Positions 42,515-56,837 are shown, numbered from the stretch's first letter. The stretch is 64,000 nucleotides of DNA from Octopus vulgaris (GCA_951406725.2 OX597825.1:72416001-72480000); one strand, 5' to 3'. Numbers and translations: made by a program. Notes: a model not told the origin generated them from the letters alone.

Positions 42515-42568
<54 letters not shown>

Positions 42569-43309
42569 TGAGAGAATGTGAGTATGTGTATGTTGACTAA
42601 ATAACAAATTAGTATTACAGTATTGGTTCCAACGCTAGGCTTCATATTTGACAGGAAGGATTTAATCGATTAAATCGATCTCAATACTTGACAGGTAGTT
42701 AATTTTCTAGAACCCTGGTGTATGTAAAAAGTAGTTAACAACGGCAGGATTTAAGCTCAAAACGTAAAACATCAGTATAAATATTGCATAGCATTTCGAT
42801 CGACATCCAACCGATTCTGCCTGTCCATCGGTCTTTCTATGCGCAGAATATTATATAAACAGAATGAGCTGAATATATATTAAAATCGTATGTATTAAAA
42901 TATAATACATATGTATAAAATTTTTAAGTTGGACACAATTATGTTTTTGTAATATAATATTTAAAATAAAAAACGTGTACTCACATCATCATCATCAGAA
43001 CTAACAAAATAGATATTTATTTAGGGAATTCCACCCTGAATGGGAAGCTGCTCAAAGAATTTATTATTTGAATTTGTTTACAATACTTCGTGTTTTGCTT
43101 TTATACCAGTTATGAGTGTATATAAATGAATATATTTCGAGTAAATATTAGTTTTGTAGTCATGCTAAAAAAATAATACGCTTTTGTTTGGATTGTTTTC
43201 TGTGATTTTTCCCCCTTTTTTCGCTCTTCACATGAGCAATTATTTGTGTTATTTTAATAACTATTTTAATAATAATGATGATAGCAATAATAATGAAAAA
43301 TATTAATCT

Positions 43310-43361
<52 letters not shown>

Positions 43362-43804
43362 ACGCCATGACAGACCATTAGCTCCTACACGTATTTTTTC
43401 TCTCCTTGTTTCTCTCCTTGTTTCTTTTCTGTGTATCTTTCTGTGTATCTTTCTGTGTAAATTCTGTCGAAAGCTCGAAATTTTTGGGAGGGTGGCAGTC
43501 GATTAGATCGACCTCAATACACAACTGGTACTTACTTTATCGAACCCGAAATAATGACAGGTAACGTCGACCTAGGCAGAATTTGAACTCAGAAGTAAAA
43601 ACAGACGAAATACCTCTAAGCATTTCGCCCGGCGTGCTGACGTCTCTGCCAGCTCACCACCTTATATTTGACGAATATTAACGTACACGCACATATGCGC
43701 AAATACATGCAAACATACACACAAACACGCGCACGCATGCGCACACATACACACACACATATATTTATATATAATCAAAATAAGTAACAGGATATTAAGT
43801 AGTT

Positions 43805-43893
43805 ATGCAGTACGACCGTTTCAAACAACGCCGTTTAATTGAACAATACAATCCATTACATCAATTCAAATGCAATGCTATCTTCAGCTGCAC
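43805..43893 (-). ncRNA. Type I hammerhead ribozyme with long helix II
   Basis: Minus strand: gtgcag CTGAAGA tagcattgc.tttgaattga...tcaattaaac.ggcgttgttt GAA acggtcgt A ctgcat; helix I 6 bp, GUA triplet. Confidence 0.75.
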
Positions 43894-44403
43894 AAATAAA
43901 TAAATAGAATTTTAACAAGTCGGACACATTAATATAGAGATGCTATTTATTTATCCTTTAGTAAATCCTCAGTCAGAAGTCTAATGAGGAAAGATATTCC
44001 CTCATTAACCATTCCGTCTTCTCTGTGCTGACATAGCGTATCTAGGATTATCACCTTGTAGTTCTTATTCTCACCTCTTAATCAGGGAGGGAACAGTAAC
44101 GCTCTAGGCCCTTTATTTACCAAGGCCTCCGATTCTTGTCATAAAATAGGAGTACGTTATCCTTAAGCTAGGGACCTGACCCGAACGACTGCAATAGTTC
44201 TCTCTTTGGGTAAATAGTAACAATAAGATATATAACCTGTTAATTCAAACTTAATTATAGGTGTTTGATTATTTTTCTGTCTGTTTAACGCCTACTGTTT
44301 GATTGTTTTTCTGTCTGTTTAACGTCTACTGTTGTCAACAAACTTCAATCGAAGATATTTCAGCCGCGGTCATAATTAAGATTATGTTATTTAAGATAGT
44401 AGG

Positions 44404-44760
44404 TACAAGGGTCGACTGGAAAGTTTATAGGCTGACCAAGATACTCTCGTGGAAAGTGACCAAATGAGATTCATTTTTCAACATACCCTCTCTAACGAGT
44501 TACTCACTTTTTCCATTGGTGTCGTTGTGCTTCGATCCCATTGATGTAGAAGCTTTTATCCTCTCGGGCAAAAAAGCCATCAGCAGCTGATATGGCGTCA
44601 TCATCACTGCAATACTGGTTCCCAGCCAAGTGTTTTTTCTTCCATGCTGGGGAACAAATCTTAGTCAGATGGAGTCAATTCAGATGATAGGGGAGCCTGA
44701 TCAACCAGTTCAAAGCCAAAGCCATGCACAGCTGTCATTGTAACCAGACTCTTGTATGGG
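44404..44760 (-). mobile_element. Mariner 3' fragment, a different DD34D family
   Basis: GFELVDQAPLSSELTPSD*DLFPSM..KHLAGNQYCSDDDAISA...GYVEK*; terminal ta-caagggtcgactggaaagttt. Confidence 0.85.
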
Positions 44761-45134
44761 CAAAAAAACACAGACACCATATACCCCGCCACACACACAG
44801 ATATATATGACGGGATTCCACACAGTTTCCGGCCAGAAAATTCACTCACAAGGCATTGGCCTGTCTGGAGATTTACTTGATTGAAGATACCCGAGTTGTT
44901 GCGCATTGGGATTGAATCCGGAATTATATGGTTGCCAATCTTTTTTTTTCTTCTTTTTCTACACAGATTATTTACTAATGAGTTTGCTATCAAAGTTTAG
45001 TTTTCGTATGTGACAAATATCATGAGTTAATCTAAATGGACGCTGTTTTTGCTGTTTATTTATTTTCTGTTTGTGTTAGGGAAACAAAGAAGCACTCAAC
45101 TATAGCTATGCATGTATGTATACATATACATACA

Positions 45135-45183
<49 letters not shown>

Positions 45184-45304
45184 TTATATATATGTTTGTA
45201 TATATTTATATGTATATGTACTTATATATATGTCTGTATATATTCATACGTCTAAATATGTATATACATATATATATATATATATTTATATGTATATTTA
45301 TATG

Positions 45305-45350
<46 letters not shown>

Positions 45351-45460
45351 GGTATGAACGTATGTACATATACATATATGTATATACATATATATGTATA
45401 TATATATATAGATATATAGTCATATAAATATATACAGACATATATATGTATGTGTATATA

Positions 45461-45539
<79 letters not shown>

Positions 45540-46281
45540 ATTATCAATATCCGTTTACATCCGCCAAATGGCCATTTGTCGCTAAGGCAGTGCTAACATG
45601 AAAGATGTCAGTTAGGAAAAGAGTAAAAATTTTTCAAAAAATGGCAACTAAAAGTGTTAAGCCGGAAAACATTTGTAGATTATGGCTTATCGTCACTCAG
45701 CAGATATGTGCGGTTTATTAATACACTTTACTTTATCAACGGTTTTAATTTTCTCAAATTTCTCTTAGTTCGAATGTATATAGCAAGACATTATAATCAG
45801 TGTACTCAATGTTTCTTCCAAAATTAGTTCGGTGTTACTTCATTTACGGAAATGATAATCTTAACTAGACATTACCGTATCTGTTTGAATAACGAAGGTG
45901 CAAAACAAGGCTGACTAATGTCTATTTAGAAACGTATCTTACGCCATATTTCTTTTTTGTCGGTCGGTGTAAAAGATCTGCCAACGCAATTTTTTTTTTT
46001 TTAATATTCCATTTACACAGATAACGAAATACACTTATCTCGGTCACTCTTGCAGTATAAAGAAATAAGTAGTGATATTTAATTGATCTAGAAAAATGAA
46101 AGAGTTCTTTTGATCATAAATCTGCCCTCCATCCGTGTTAGGCCTTAGTTAAACAATGGAGTTTGCGATTGTCCTAATGCTCCAGGCGTAGGCTCTTCGT
46201 CTGAAGAAAAGAAGGAGAAGTATAAAGTGAGAAATAGAAATAGACAGTGAGTTTGAAGAACCGAACGGGAAAATAGAAAAG

Positions 46282-46453
46282 AGGTGCAGGAGTGGCTGTG
46301 TGGTAAGTAGCTTGCTTACCAACCACATGGTTCCAGGTTCAGTCCCACTGCGTGGCATCTTGGACAAGTGTCTTCTACTATAGCCCCGGGCCGACCAATT
46401 CTTTGTGAGTGGATTTGGTAGACGGAAACTGAAAGAAGCCTGTCCTATATATG

Positions 46454-46500
<47 letters not shown>

Positions 46501-46706
46501 TTGTGTGTCTGTGTTTGTCCCCCAAGCATTGCTTGACAACCGATGCTGGTGTGTTTACGTCCCCGTTACTTAGCGGTTCGGCAAAAGAGACCGATAGAAT
46601 AAGTACTAGGCTTACAAAGAATAAGTCCCGGGGTCGATTTGCTCGACTAAAGGCGGTGCTCCAGCATGGCCGCAGTCAAATGACTATAACAAGTAAAAGA
46701 GTAAAA
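46282..46706 (+). mobile_element. SINE family A, full length
   Basis: Highly similar to 31561-32003. Confidence 0.93.
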
Positions 46707-46854
46707 GGGAGAGAGAGGTAAATTATTTTAATCGCATACATACACACGCACACACATGAATATATAAGTGTGTGTGTATGTGCGTGTGTGTGTGTGTGTG
46801 TTCGTGCGTGTATGCATGCGCATATGAATATATATGCATATATGTAAGTATATA

Positions 46855-47085
46855 TTTTTTTATTGCCCACAGGGGGCTAAACACAGAGGGGACAAACAAG
46901 GACAGACACACGGATTAAGTCGATTATATCGACCCCAGTGCTTAACTAGTACTTATTTAATCGACTCCGAAAGGATGAAAGGCAAAGTAGACCTCGGCGG
47001 AATTTGAACTCAGAACGTAGCGGCAGACGAAATACCGCAAAGCATTTCGTCCGGCGTGCTAAGGTTTCTGCTAGATCGCCGCCTT
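46855..47085 (-). mobile_element. SINE family B, full length
   Basis: Reverse complement of 48719-48950. Confidence 0.92.
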
Positions 47086-48012
47086 ATATATATGTATAAA
47101 AATATGTGTGTGTATGTATATGAAAGTGTGTGTCTGTGTTAGTCATAGATTCAAACATACGTCATAGGTCACGTGCCACCTTTTCTATGGCTAGTACAAT
47201 GGACTTTGCTACTTGCCACCTCTACTCAGGCACTCACAACTCACCCGTTTATTCTCTTCCAGTAACTGACATCATCGTGCTGAAGGCGATCTACAAGGCC
47301 TTGCATTGATTACAACTTGCATTTCTTCTCCCACGGGACGTCAGGTTTATCTAACTCTCTCCATACTGACATGTTTTCTACAGGCAACAGGTTGCAACCA
47401 GCGAACATTAAATGAATCAATTACCCTGATTTCCTTTAGATTGATGCCCCAGAACTACCAAGGGGTTTCAGCCCTTCAAACCGCTTGCTTCAATTCTTCC
47501 ATACGTTCATCCTTTTCCCGATGGTATTGCTTTCTGTTTTCGTATAAACGTTAATGATCTCCCAAACAAAATTGTGCAATACCTCAACATGAAACTATAG
47601 AATGAAACAAGCATTCAACTACGAGTGCATTGCATCTTATAGCAGAAAGAGTTGTAAACTAATGAAGTTTATTACATAATTGCTTATTCCCTGCTTGGAT
47701 GCAATTAAAATAATCAGAAATCATCAAGAGGGATATAAAGGAAATTGGAATAGAGTGCCCAGTAGAACTGTTGCAAAAGGTTTGCCTCCTTGGCACGGCC
47801 AGAATAATCAGGTAAGTATTGGAAAGGTGAAAAGAACGAACAGCATGGTACCGTAGGCTGCATGTAGCAAGCCCGTAACGCATGCAAGACTCCAGGAGTT
47901 CCAACAAAATTAAAATAAAAAGAAAGAAAGAGAGAAAGAAGAAAATTATGATGATGATGATTTCACTTATTTACCACAAGGGCGAAGGATGAGGGAGATA
48001 ATACAGAGACAT

Positions 48013-48222
48013 GCAGTTCTATATTTAAGAGATGAGAAATTATTTACATTATTTACATTATTTACATTTGACAGATATTTGTCCTCATCTTGTTTGTTGT
48101 TAACACAACGTTTCGGCTGATATACCCTCCAGTCTTCTTCAGGTGTCTTGGGGAAATTTCGAACCTGGTTTCTCATTTGTAAGGTAATTTTCGATGTTAT
48201 TATTATTATTATTATTATTATT
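48013..48222 (-). mobile_element. Hammerhead-bearing Penelope-like tail, same family as 56751-57276
   Basis: Reverse complement matches 57115-57276 and continues to the same terminus as 56751 (ctcatctcttaaatatagaa). Confidence 0.85.
48102..48147 (-). ncRNA. Minimal type I hammerhead motif
   Basis: gacac CTGAAGA a gactg...cagcc GAA acgt T gtgtt. Confidence 0.7.
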
Positions 48223-48364
48223 ACATATAATGAAATGATTTTAAAAAAGTAAGTATACACGGTTATATACTGAAAAAGAAGGGTCATATGCATAGCATAC
48301 AAGGGTTTTAAAAAAGTGGCGGGGAGGATGATAGAGATGTGGCCTACCTGATACAGGAAGACCT

Positions 48365-48507
48365 CTATGGATTGATCCAAATTTATCAGAGCACCCCTGA
48401 AGCCAGCTTTGGTCCCCTCGGGATTGCGCATGTTTGCCCTTCTCTGACCAGGCTAACGACGACAAGCACCAGCGTTTTCGCTAACGCTTTGGCCAAAATC
48501 TTTAAAT
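48365..48507 (-). mobile_element. Tx1/L1-clade RT fragment
   Basis: KILAKALAKTLVLVVVSLVREGQTCAIPRG followed by GALINLDQS, typical of Tx1-type RT (KILAK..QTCAVPGR..LDQxKAFD). Confidence 0.7.
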
Positions 48508-48549
48508 ATATATATATAGAGAGATTATTTACTATTTATGATATATATA

Positions 48550-49098
48550 CAGGGGTTGGACAGAATAATGGAAGCACCAAGCATCATAGCATTATTATTT
48601 TTGAAATATCTATAAAACTATCAAAAGCTTCTTTATTTTTATGGTCTTTTTTTATTATTAGTGATGCTTAATATGTTTTGCTAAAATTGTTGTTTCTTTC
48701 CAGATATCATCAGGAAAAAGGCGGCGAGCTAGCAGAAACGTTAGCACACCGGGCGAAATGCTTAGCGGTATTTCGTCTGCCGTTACGTTCTGAGTTCAAA
48801 TTCCGCCTAGGTCGACTTTGCCTTTCATCCTTTCGGGGTCGATTAAATAAGTACCAGTTACGCACTGGGGTCTGTGTAATCGACTTAATCCGTTTGTCTG
48901 TCCTTGTTTGTTCCTTCTGTGTTTAGCCCCTTGTGGGTAGTAAAGAAATAGATATCATCAGGAAAAAGTTATTAAAATTCATTAAAATGACTGATCTATC
49001 GGACTTTCAAAGAGGTCGAATTGTTGGTGCTCGTATGGCTACGCTAGCGCAACGAAAACAGCCGAAATGTTTAGTGTATCAAGAAGCACCGTCTCGAA

Positions 49099-49099
<1 letters not shown>
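48550..49099 (+). mobile_element. Tc1-like transposon 5' end interrupted by a SINE
   Basis: TA-caggggttggacagaataatggaagcacc terminus; [18 protein letters not shown] / [18 protein letters not shown] paired-like HTH start. Confidence 0.85.
48719..48950 (+). mobile_element. SINE family B full copy with 17-19-bp TSD
   Basis: agatatcatcaggaaaaag at 48702-48720 and 48950-48968. Confidence 0.95.
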
Positions 49100-49143
<44 letters not shown>

Positions 49144-49159
49144 CATGTACATATGTATG

Positions 49160-49199
<40 letters not shown>

Positions 49200-49225
49200 T
49201 ACATGTATTTATATTTATATACATA

Positions 49226-49310
<85 letters not shown>

Positions 49311-49790
49311 CATACATATATACATGTATTTATATTTATATTCATACATATATATATATATGTGTGTGTGTGTGAATATGGAAGCAAATAGAGTCAGTGA
49401 AAGAGAGTTAAAATAAATTGTATGTGTGTACTACTTCAAAATAATATCTTTTTAATAACGATAACCTGAAATTGTTTACAATTTACATAGTTGTCTAAAA
49501 AAAATTAAAATTATATCTTATGAAATATAACCACTAAGTAGACCATACGATTTGTGTTAGTCTTCAATCTACTTCTGCAGCTGCGAAAACCTTGGAGATT
49601 CTGTAAAATCAAATTACTGTTTCAATGAAAAATATGAAAAATATGAAAATATGAATCAAAAGGAAATACTTGACTATATTCTGTCACTGTTTACGGAAAT
49701 ATTAAAGATTAAAATATGATCCAAGCAACTGAAACAATTATTAAAAGATTAATAATTGAGTATAAAAAAATACTGTATATTGAAGGGGGA

Positions 49791-49815
49791 GAAGAAGAAG
49801 AAGAAGAAGAAGAAG

Positions 49816-49847
<32 letters not shown>

Positions 49848-49945
49848 GGAGTAGAAGAAGAAGAAGAAGAAGAAGAAGAAGAAGAAGAAGAAGAAGAAGA
49901 AGAAGAAGAAGAAGAAGAAGAAGAAGAAGAAGAAGAAGAAGAAGA
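49791..49945. repeat. (GAA)n microsatellite
   Basis: Direct reading, with one gtaggagta interruption. Confidence 0.97.
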
Positions 49946-51773
49946 CTTTCAATGTGCAAACTAAAATGGCTGATCCGCCATTTTCCTTGTTTCCTTTATA
50001 TACAAGGCCATGAGGAAAAAGGAAATTTAGTTTACATCTCTTCAATTATTTGTAATTGTCTTTTTTTTTCTTTATTTCTGCTTTCTTTTGCTCTCTTTTG
50101 CTTCTTATTTATCAAATTGCACTGTTAGGATATCGTCCAAAGTTTCGCTTTACAAATTTACGGACGTATTTAGATATAATATATTTCGTCTAATCTTTTA
50201 TTTATGTAGAAGAAAGAGTGATAATCAAAATACTATTTCCGTTCTGCGCAAAGAGCAGAATGAAAAACTCAAGCAACTAGTGATAATGTATGTTTCCATT
50301 ACAAGTCAAACTAAATTACTTTACAACCTAAAACAACGTTTAGTACATCTGTATAGGAACGGTAAATTTGTAATTGATGATTTAATTCCTGTAGAGGTAT
50401 CAAAATGTCCAGGTGGCTTCGGATAAGAAATGAGATTATAGCCCGAATTTTTCAACAGTTCACATCACGAAGACCAACATTATTTTCTAATTTACTCGAA
50501 AAAATAACTGGTTCTAATTTAGGGAAAAAGCAAAAAATTCTCATGGATGGATCGTTAATTGACTGGTACCTTATTTAATCAACCAAAAAGATGAGAGGTA
50601 AGGATGATCTCAAGGGAATTTGAACTTAAAACGTAAAGAACTGAGAAAATGCCACCAGGTACTTTGATGTTCTAAGAATTCTGAAAGTTTATATTGAGTT
50701 AAGATATTTATTTCTGATTCAAGCACAGTGTCAGCAAATTTGAGTAGAGAGTATTAGTCAAATTCGTTGACTACAGTACTAGACAGGCACATTGTTTTGT
50801 CAAGCTCAAAAGGATAAAAAGTAATGTGTAAACTCAGAATATAAAGAATCGGAGGATGAGCTCGAAAAAATGAAAAACTAAAGTTGATTTGGGTAGAATA
50901 GGATCTTAGAAAGTAAAGAACCAAAGAAAATACAACAACATATCGATTCTTCTAATCCTCAACTATCATATTGTCTTAGAATATTTATTTCTGTTATTTG
51001 TACCAGGCCACAAATTTGGCAATGCTGATTTTAACAGATTTAATCTTCGCCATTTGATGTCAAAATAATTACATAAAAAGTGAATTCCTAATATTTATTG
51101 CGGAATTCTACCATTTCGTTATTCTTTTTATTTGTTTTTCTTTTCAGTTTTATCTTTTATTTTGTATTCCTTTCAGTTATTAAACTTTGGCCATGATTGG
51201 GAGCCGCCTTGAAAGGATTTTTACTCGAACAAGTCAACCCCACTATTTATTTTTCGGTCTGGAACTTATCGTATCGGTCACGTTTGCCAAACTGCTATGT
51301 TATGGCGACCTAGAAAAACCGGACAGCAAATAGAGACTCGGACATTGCTTAGAAAATATCTTACATTTTTAACCTCGTATATAGTACGCACTTGGGATTT
51401 TGACCTTTAAATTTTGAGGGGGAAAATGTGGATTATACTCGAGGATTTACGGTACTACAAATGATGATAAAAATTTGTGAGACGTTCTTCAGATTTAAAT
51501 AATGATGAACAAAACAGATTCCTTTCCTATACAACCTTGCTACCAGGCAGGTAGTCAGTCAAAATGTATTCTAAACTAAAAAGACAAAGAGACAGACATA
51601 CGTACATACATTCATACATATATAGATACATACATACGTACATACATAAATCCATACATACATACTATATTTCTCCTATAGTAATGGATGTATATGTATT
51701 TGGGAAACTCCGGACAACCGAATACGTGAAAGGTAAATTGAGAAATACACACGCATATAAACATACATATGCA

Positions 51774-51810
<37 letters not shown>

Positions 51811-52228
51811 GCAAACACCTACATTTACACACACATACGCAAGCTATTAGATACACACATTCTTCAGACAACGCAGCCACATATACAAACAAACGTATGT
51901 AATAAAATTCCAATATTGATATATGAGTCTGAAAGTTCTTTTAAATGCCTTCCCTAACGAAAAATTTATTTCTAAGTAATTTATATCAAATGAGGATATT
52001 ATCATTTGATATCGTGCTGGAGTGTTTTGTTTACATTTCCATAAATCATTTTATAAAATAGACTGGTAGTTTGCGACTTCTACATGTTTATCGAACGTGA
52101 ATAAACATTTCTCTTATCATATTATCTGATATTTCTTAGAGATAGGGCCGCTCATTTGTTTATAAAGGAGAAATATATGAAAAGAGTGAAGATAAGTAAA
52201 ACACTTCTCTAATGTTCGTTTTACATAC

Positions 52229-52288
<60 letters not shown>

Positions 52289-52327
52289 CTATGTATCTAT
52301 GTATCTATGTATATATACATACATACA

Positions 52328-52417
<90 letters not shown>

Positions 52418-53003
52418 TATATATATATATACACACATATAAGTATGTATTTGGATTTATATATATATATATATATATATATATGCTGAAATATATATGC
52501 ATATATATACATATATATGTATATATGTATGTGCATGGATGGATGGATGGAGGGAGGGAGGGAGGGAAGGATGCATGCGTATGAATATATCGCTGTATAT
52601 GTGTGTGTGCATATTATAAGTGTGTATTGTATATATATTTGTATGTGTGTGTATGTGTATGTGTGAGTGTGTGTACGCGTGTATATGTATGTGTGTGTGC
52701 GCAGGTATGTATAAGCGTACATTTGTCAAGCTGAGTTCCAAAGTTTGTTTAAAGTTACTTTAATTTGTTCTATTACTTCGAAACCATTTTCAAGAGTAAA
52801 TTTTCTTTTGTTTTACAGTTATTCATGTGTGTACAATATTTCATTTATGACTAAATAAAATGAAAAAAAGTATTTCCTTTGTAACTCATACTGAGCGTAA
52901 ATTATATTAGTGTCTTATCATACACTAATAATTTATATTTTTATCTTATCGTACATCATACCACAACTTATTTGTCTCCCTTGTGCACTATAATACATAC
53001 ATG

Positions 53004-53059
<56 letters not shown>

Positions 53060-53172
53060 CGTAAGTTGTCTAAGAATCCATAAGTCAGGTTAAAGATGCA
53101 CTAGAATGTACAGGTAAGATTGCTAAGATCAGCTGTGATGGATTTATAAGTCTGTACATTTCGGATAATATA

Positions 53173-53548
53173 TACTCTTTACTGTTTTTTTTACTCTTTT
53201 ATTTGTTTCAGTCATTTGACTGCAGCCATGCTGGGGCACCGCCTTTAGTCGAGCAAATCCACCCAAGGACTTATTCTTTGTAAGCCTAGTACTTATTCAA
53301 TCGGTTCTCGTTTTGCCGAACCGCGAAGTTACGGGGATGTAAACACACCAGCATCGGTTGTCAAGCGATATTTGATGGGGGACAAACACAGACACACAAA
53401 CATATACACACACTTCCGTCTACTAAATTCACTCACAAGGCTTTGGTTGGCCCGAGGCTATAGTAGAAGACACTTGCCCAAGGTGCCATGCAGTGGGACT
53501 GAACTCGGAACCATGTGGTTGGTAAGCAAGCTACTTACCACACAGCCA
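53173..53548 (-). mobile_element. SINE family A
   Basis: Reverse-complement match with a shortened middle. Confidence 0.9.
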
Positions 53549-53574
53549 ATCCATATATATATATATCTTTTATT

Positions 53575-54605
53575 TCTTTCATGGGTTTCAGTCAGAGGCT
53601 GAGGCCATGCTGGTGCACCGCCTTTACTGCATCCGGGGATTTTTCCAGCATTACGTCTGGTAAAATAGCGAATTGGACGTTGCCGCTCTTCTTTGTACTT
53701 CCTGTCCCGATATGGGTTCATCCGGTATTGCAAATAAAATCTATCAAACCCATTTTTTGAAGACTTCCATGTCAATACCTTGCAGATACCTGATTATCCG
53801 TAGTAGGGCATTAAAAAGTTTAGGTCTGTTGAATCCCAAGCTATTAAATTATTGGGTTCGTATCCTTGATGGAGACGATGGGATATTTGGTACTGTGTAG
53901 TGTCCTTTAGTGCTGTCCAGTTTGGTACTATGCAGTGCCGTAGATTACGATTCCGAAATTTGGAGCTAGACTTTCCATTATTTTCCATATGTATAGCACT
54001 ACATATCTCCCACGTCTCCTCTCCAGGGTGTAGAATCCCTGTTCCTTCAGCCTTTCCCAGTAGCCCATGTGTTTTAGTGGGTCTATCTTCTTTGTGTAGT
54101 GGCGTTGGATCACCTCTAGTTCCGCAATAAGTTTAACACACTGTAGGGACCACAGTTGGGATCAGTAATCTAGATGACTGAGGATAAAGGTTCTCCAAAG
54201 CAGAAGCATTGTGTTTCTGCTCCTGGTCCTGAAGGATCTAAGGATCCAACGTGCCACACACCTGCATAGTGTTGCCATCTGAGAAATGTGCACATGGAAA
54301 GTTGCGTCGTTGCTCATGTGGATTTCCAGGTCACGTACCGACTCTAAATCTGGGATTACATTGCCTACTGGTCCCGTGTACTTCAACTGTAGTTTGTGGA
54401 CTGATAGAAGAGTGCTTGAAATTTTTTGCCATTGAACAGCATATTATTCTCACCAGCCCATTAATATATTGCGTTCAGGTCATTCTGCAGTCTTAGGATG
54501 TCAGTGGGATCCTTCACTGCCTACGATACTTTTGTATCATAAGCGTAGCTGGTGAGTGTGGCTGACTCTATGGCTGAGGACATGTCCGAGTGAGCAACCA
54601 CAAAC
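53575..54605 (-). mobile_element. Decayed CR1-group LINE with 3' tail
   Basis: LTSYAYDTKV, VRDLEIHMSNDATF, WILRSFRTR, WRTFILSHLDY, YWERLK, YTLERRR; tail ggcggtgcaccagcatggcctcagcctctgactgaaac. Confidence 0.9.
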
Positions 54606-54880
54606 TTCCCCCTCCCACCAAATTATTGACCTTGTGCCAAAATTTCAAACCATTATTAATGATGAAGGTGTGAGCTGGCAGAATCGTTAACACGCCGGTC
54701 AAAATGCTTAGCGGCATTTCGTCCGTCTTTACATTCTGAGTTCAAATTCCGCTAAGATTGACTTCGCTTTTCATCCTTTCAGGGTCAATAAAATTAGTAC
54801 CAGTTGATTACTAGAATCAACATAATCGACTTACTCTTTCCACGAAATTGCTGGCCTTGTGCCAAAATTTGAAACCAATA
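54605..54880 (+). mobile_element. SINE family B (tail B2) preceded by a tail fragment
   Basis: gagctggcagaatcgttaac head; aattgctggccttgtgccaaaatttgaaacc tail. Confidence 0.85.
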
Positions 54881-55321
54881 GTATCTAATGTTGTTCATTC
54901 CTATATAGAATATGAATATTTGATAATACATTGTCGCATTTACTTTGCTTATATAATTGATCTATTTATATAATGTTTACTAAATCGAGGTTTGCCAATA
55001 GGCAACATTTAGTGCAAATAAGCTTCATTCACTACAACTATCCATGCATATAATGACCCAGCAAATGAACTGAAGGTTTCGCTGATCAAATGCAACCTAG
55101 GGTGATGAGCTAATTCCATCGGCGTCCAAATAAATTAATGCTTATGTAGTAATACCAGCCAAATCTCCCTCAAATCACAGCACTTTCACCTTGTTCTAAT
55201 GAATGAAAATGGAATATGTTAATTCAACGTGACCGAAACTCGAGCCCTAATTGTCTATGTATAAGTTAGTTGTCACGCATTCAGCGCCAGCAATGTAGGT
55301 GTTTCTAACACCTCAGTCGTC

Positions 55322-55517
<196 letters not shown>

Positions 55518-55620
55518 ATGGAAGTTAGTGCATGCATATGTATGTATAAAAAAACTGTGGTTTTAAATGTAAGGAATAGATATTTTAGAAATACCATCCA
55601 AATCTCTCTGCCGATCTCGA

Positions 55621-55656
<36 letters not shown>

Positions 55657-56182
55657 CAGTTTCACCTTACTCACCTTCTTAAAAGATTTAATTCCACGTA
55701 GATCAGCGACTGACAGAAAAAATACAATAGATGTTCATGAATAGAACGCTTTTTTTTCAGCTTGATAGCGCTGTCCTGAGGTTAAAGAACACCGACCATT
55801 TGGTTCTGCTTGATAAGCAGGATCAATACACAATCAATCTATGATATATTTGATCAAATAGTGAATTGAAGTTCGCCAACAAACTGTTAGAGTACTTGGC
55901 CTTAGATCAGAGTCTTCCATTAATCCGTGCTAGTATTCTGGTTGTATTTGTGTTACGAAGTGTTTCTTACTTATGATTACTGGTGCGCGGCAGATTATTC
56001 AGTACTTCACGTAGGAATCGATTCACGTAGGAATCGATTCAACTATGAAATGATCGTTCATTCATGACACTGATCTTTAATATTGTTCTGCTGGTTAACA
56101 AGTGTTTGGGTGTTACACCACGAACTATGTTGACTATGGAGCAAAATTGAAGACACAAATCCAAAGTATTTTGAAAAATTAT

Positions 56183-56340
56183 AGGCGCAGGAGTGGCTGT
56201 GTGGTAAGTAGCTTGCTTGCAAACCACATGGTTCCGGGTTCAGTCCCACTTCGTGGCAACTTGAGCGAGTGTCTTCTACTATAGCCTCGGGCCGATCAAA
56301 GCCTTGTGAGTGGATTTGGTAGACGGAAAGAAGCCCGTCG

Positions 56341-56403
<63 letters not shown>

Positions 56404-56615
56404 GTGTTTGTGTTTGTCCCCCACCATCGCTTGAAAACCGGTACTGGTTTGTTTACGTCCCTGTGATTTAATGATTCGGCAAAAGGAACCGACAGAATAA
56501 TTTCGCAACTATAACAATAAGATTAGTACTGGGGTTGGTCTGTTCGACTAAAATCTTTCAAATCAGTGCCCCAGCATAGACGCAGCCCAAAGAATGCAAC
56601 ACTTAAAAGATAAAT
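56183..56615 (+). mobile_element. SINE family A
   Basis: Same head, internal (TA)(TG) tract, diverged tail. Confidence 0.88.
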
Positions 56616-56837
56616 GATAAACCAATATAAGGATTTATAAATATATCCTTGAAAAGAGAAATAAGAATATTTCGAGAATGTAAAATTTGGATTGGTTTAT
56701 TGAAGGAAACTGCTAAAGTAGATATAATCCACAGTTATTTACTATTAATACAATTCTATATTTAAGAGATGAGGAATTATGTATATTACTTACATTATTT
56801 ACATTTGACGAATATTGTCCTCATCTTGTTTGTTGTT

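Noticed and set aside
43348-43480. Possible Penelope pseudo-LTR remnant (tctgtcgaaagctcgaaa) after (TA)n
   Set aside because: No intact ribozyme core and no second copy in the window to confirm it
49716-50045. Poly-E, poly-L and poly-F ORFs
   Set aside because: Translations of the (GAA)n tract
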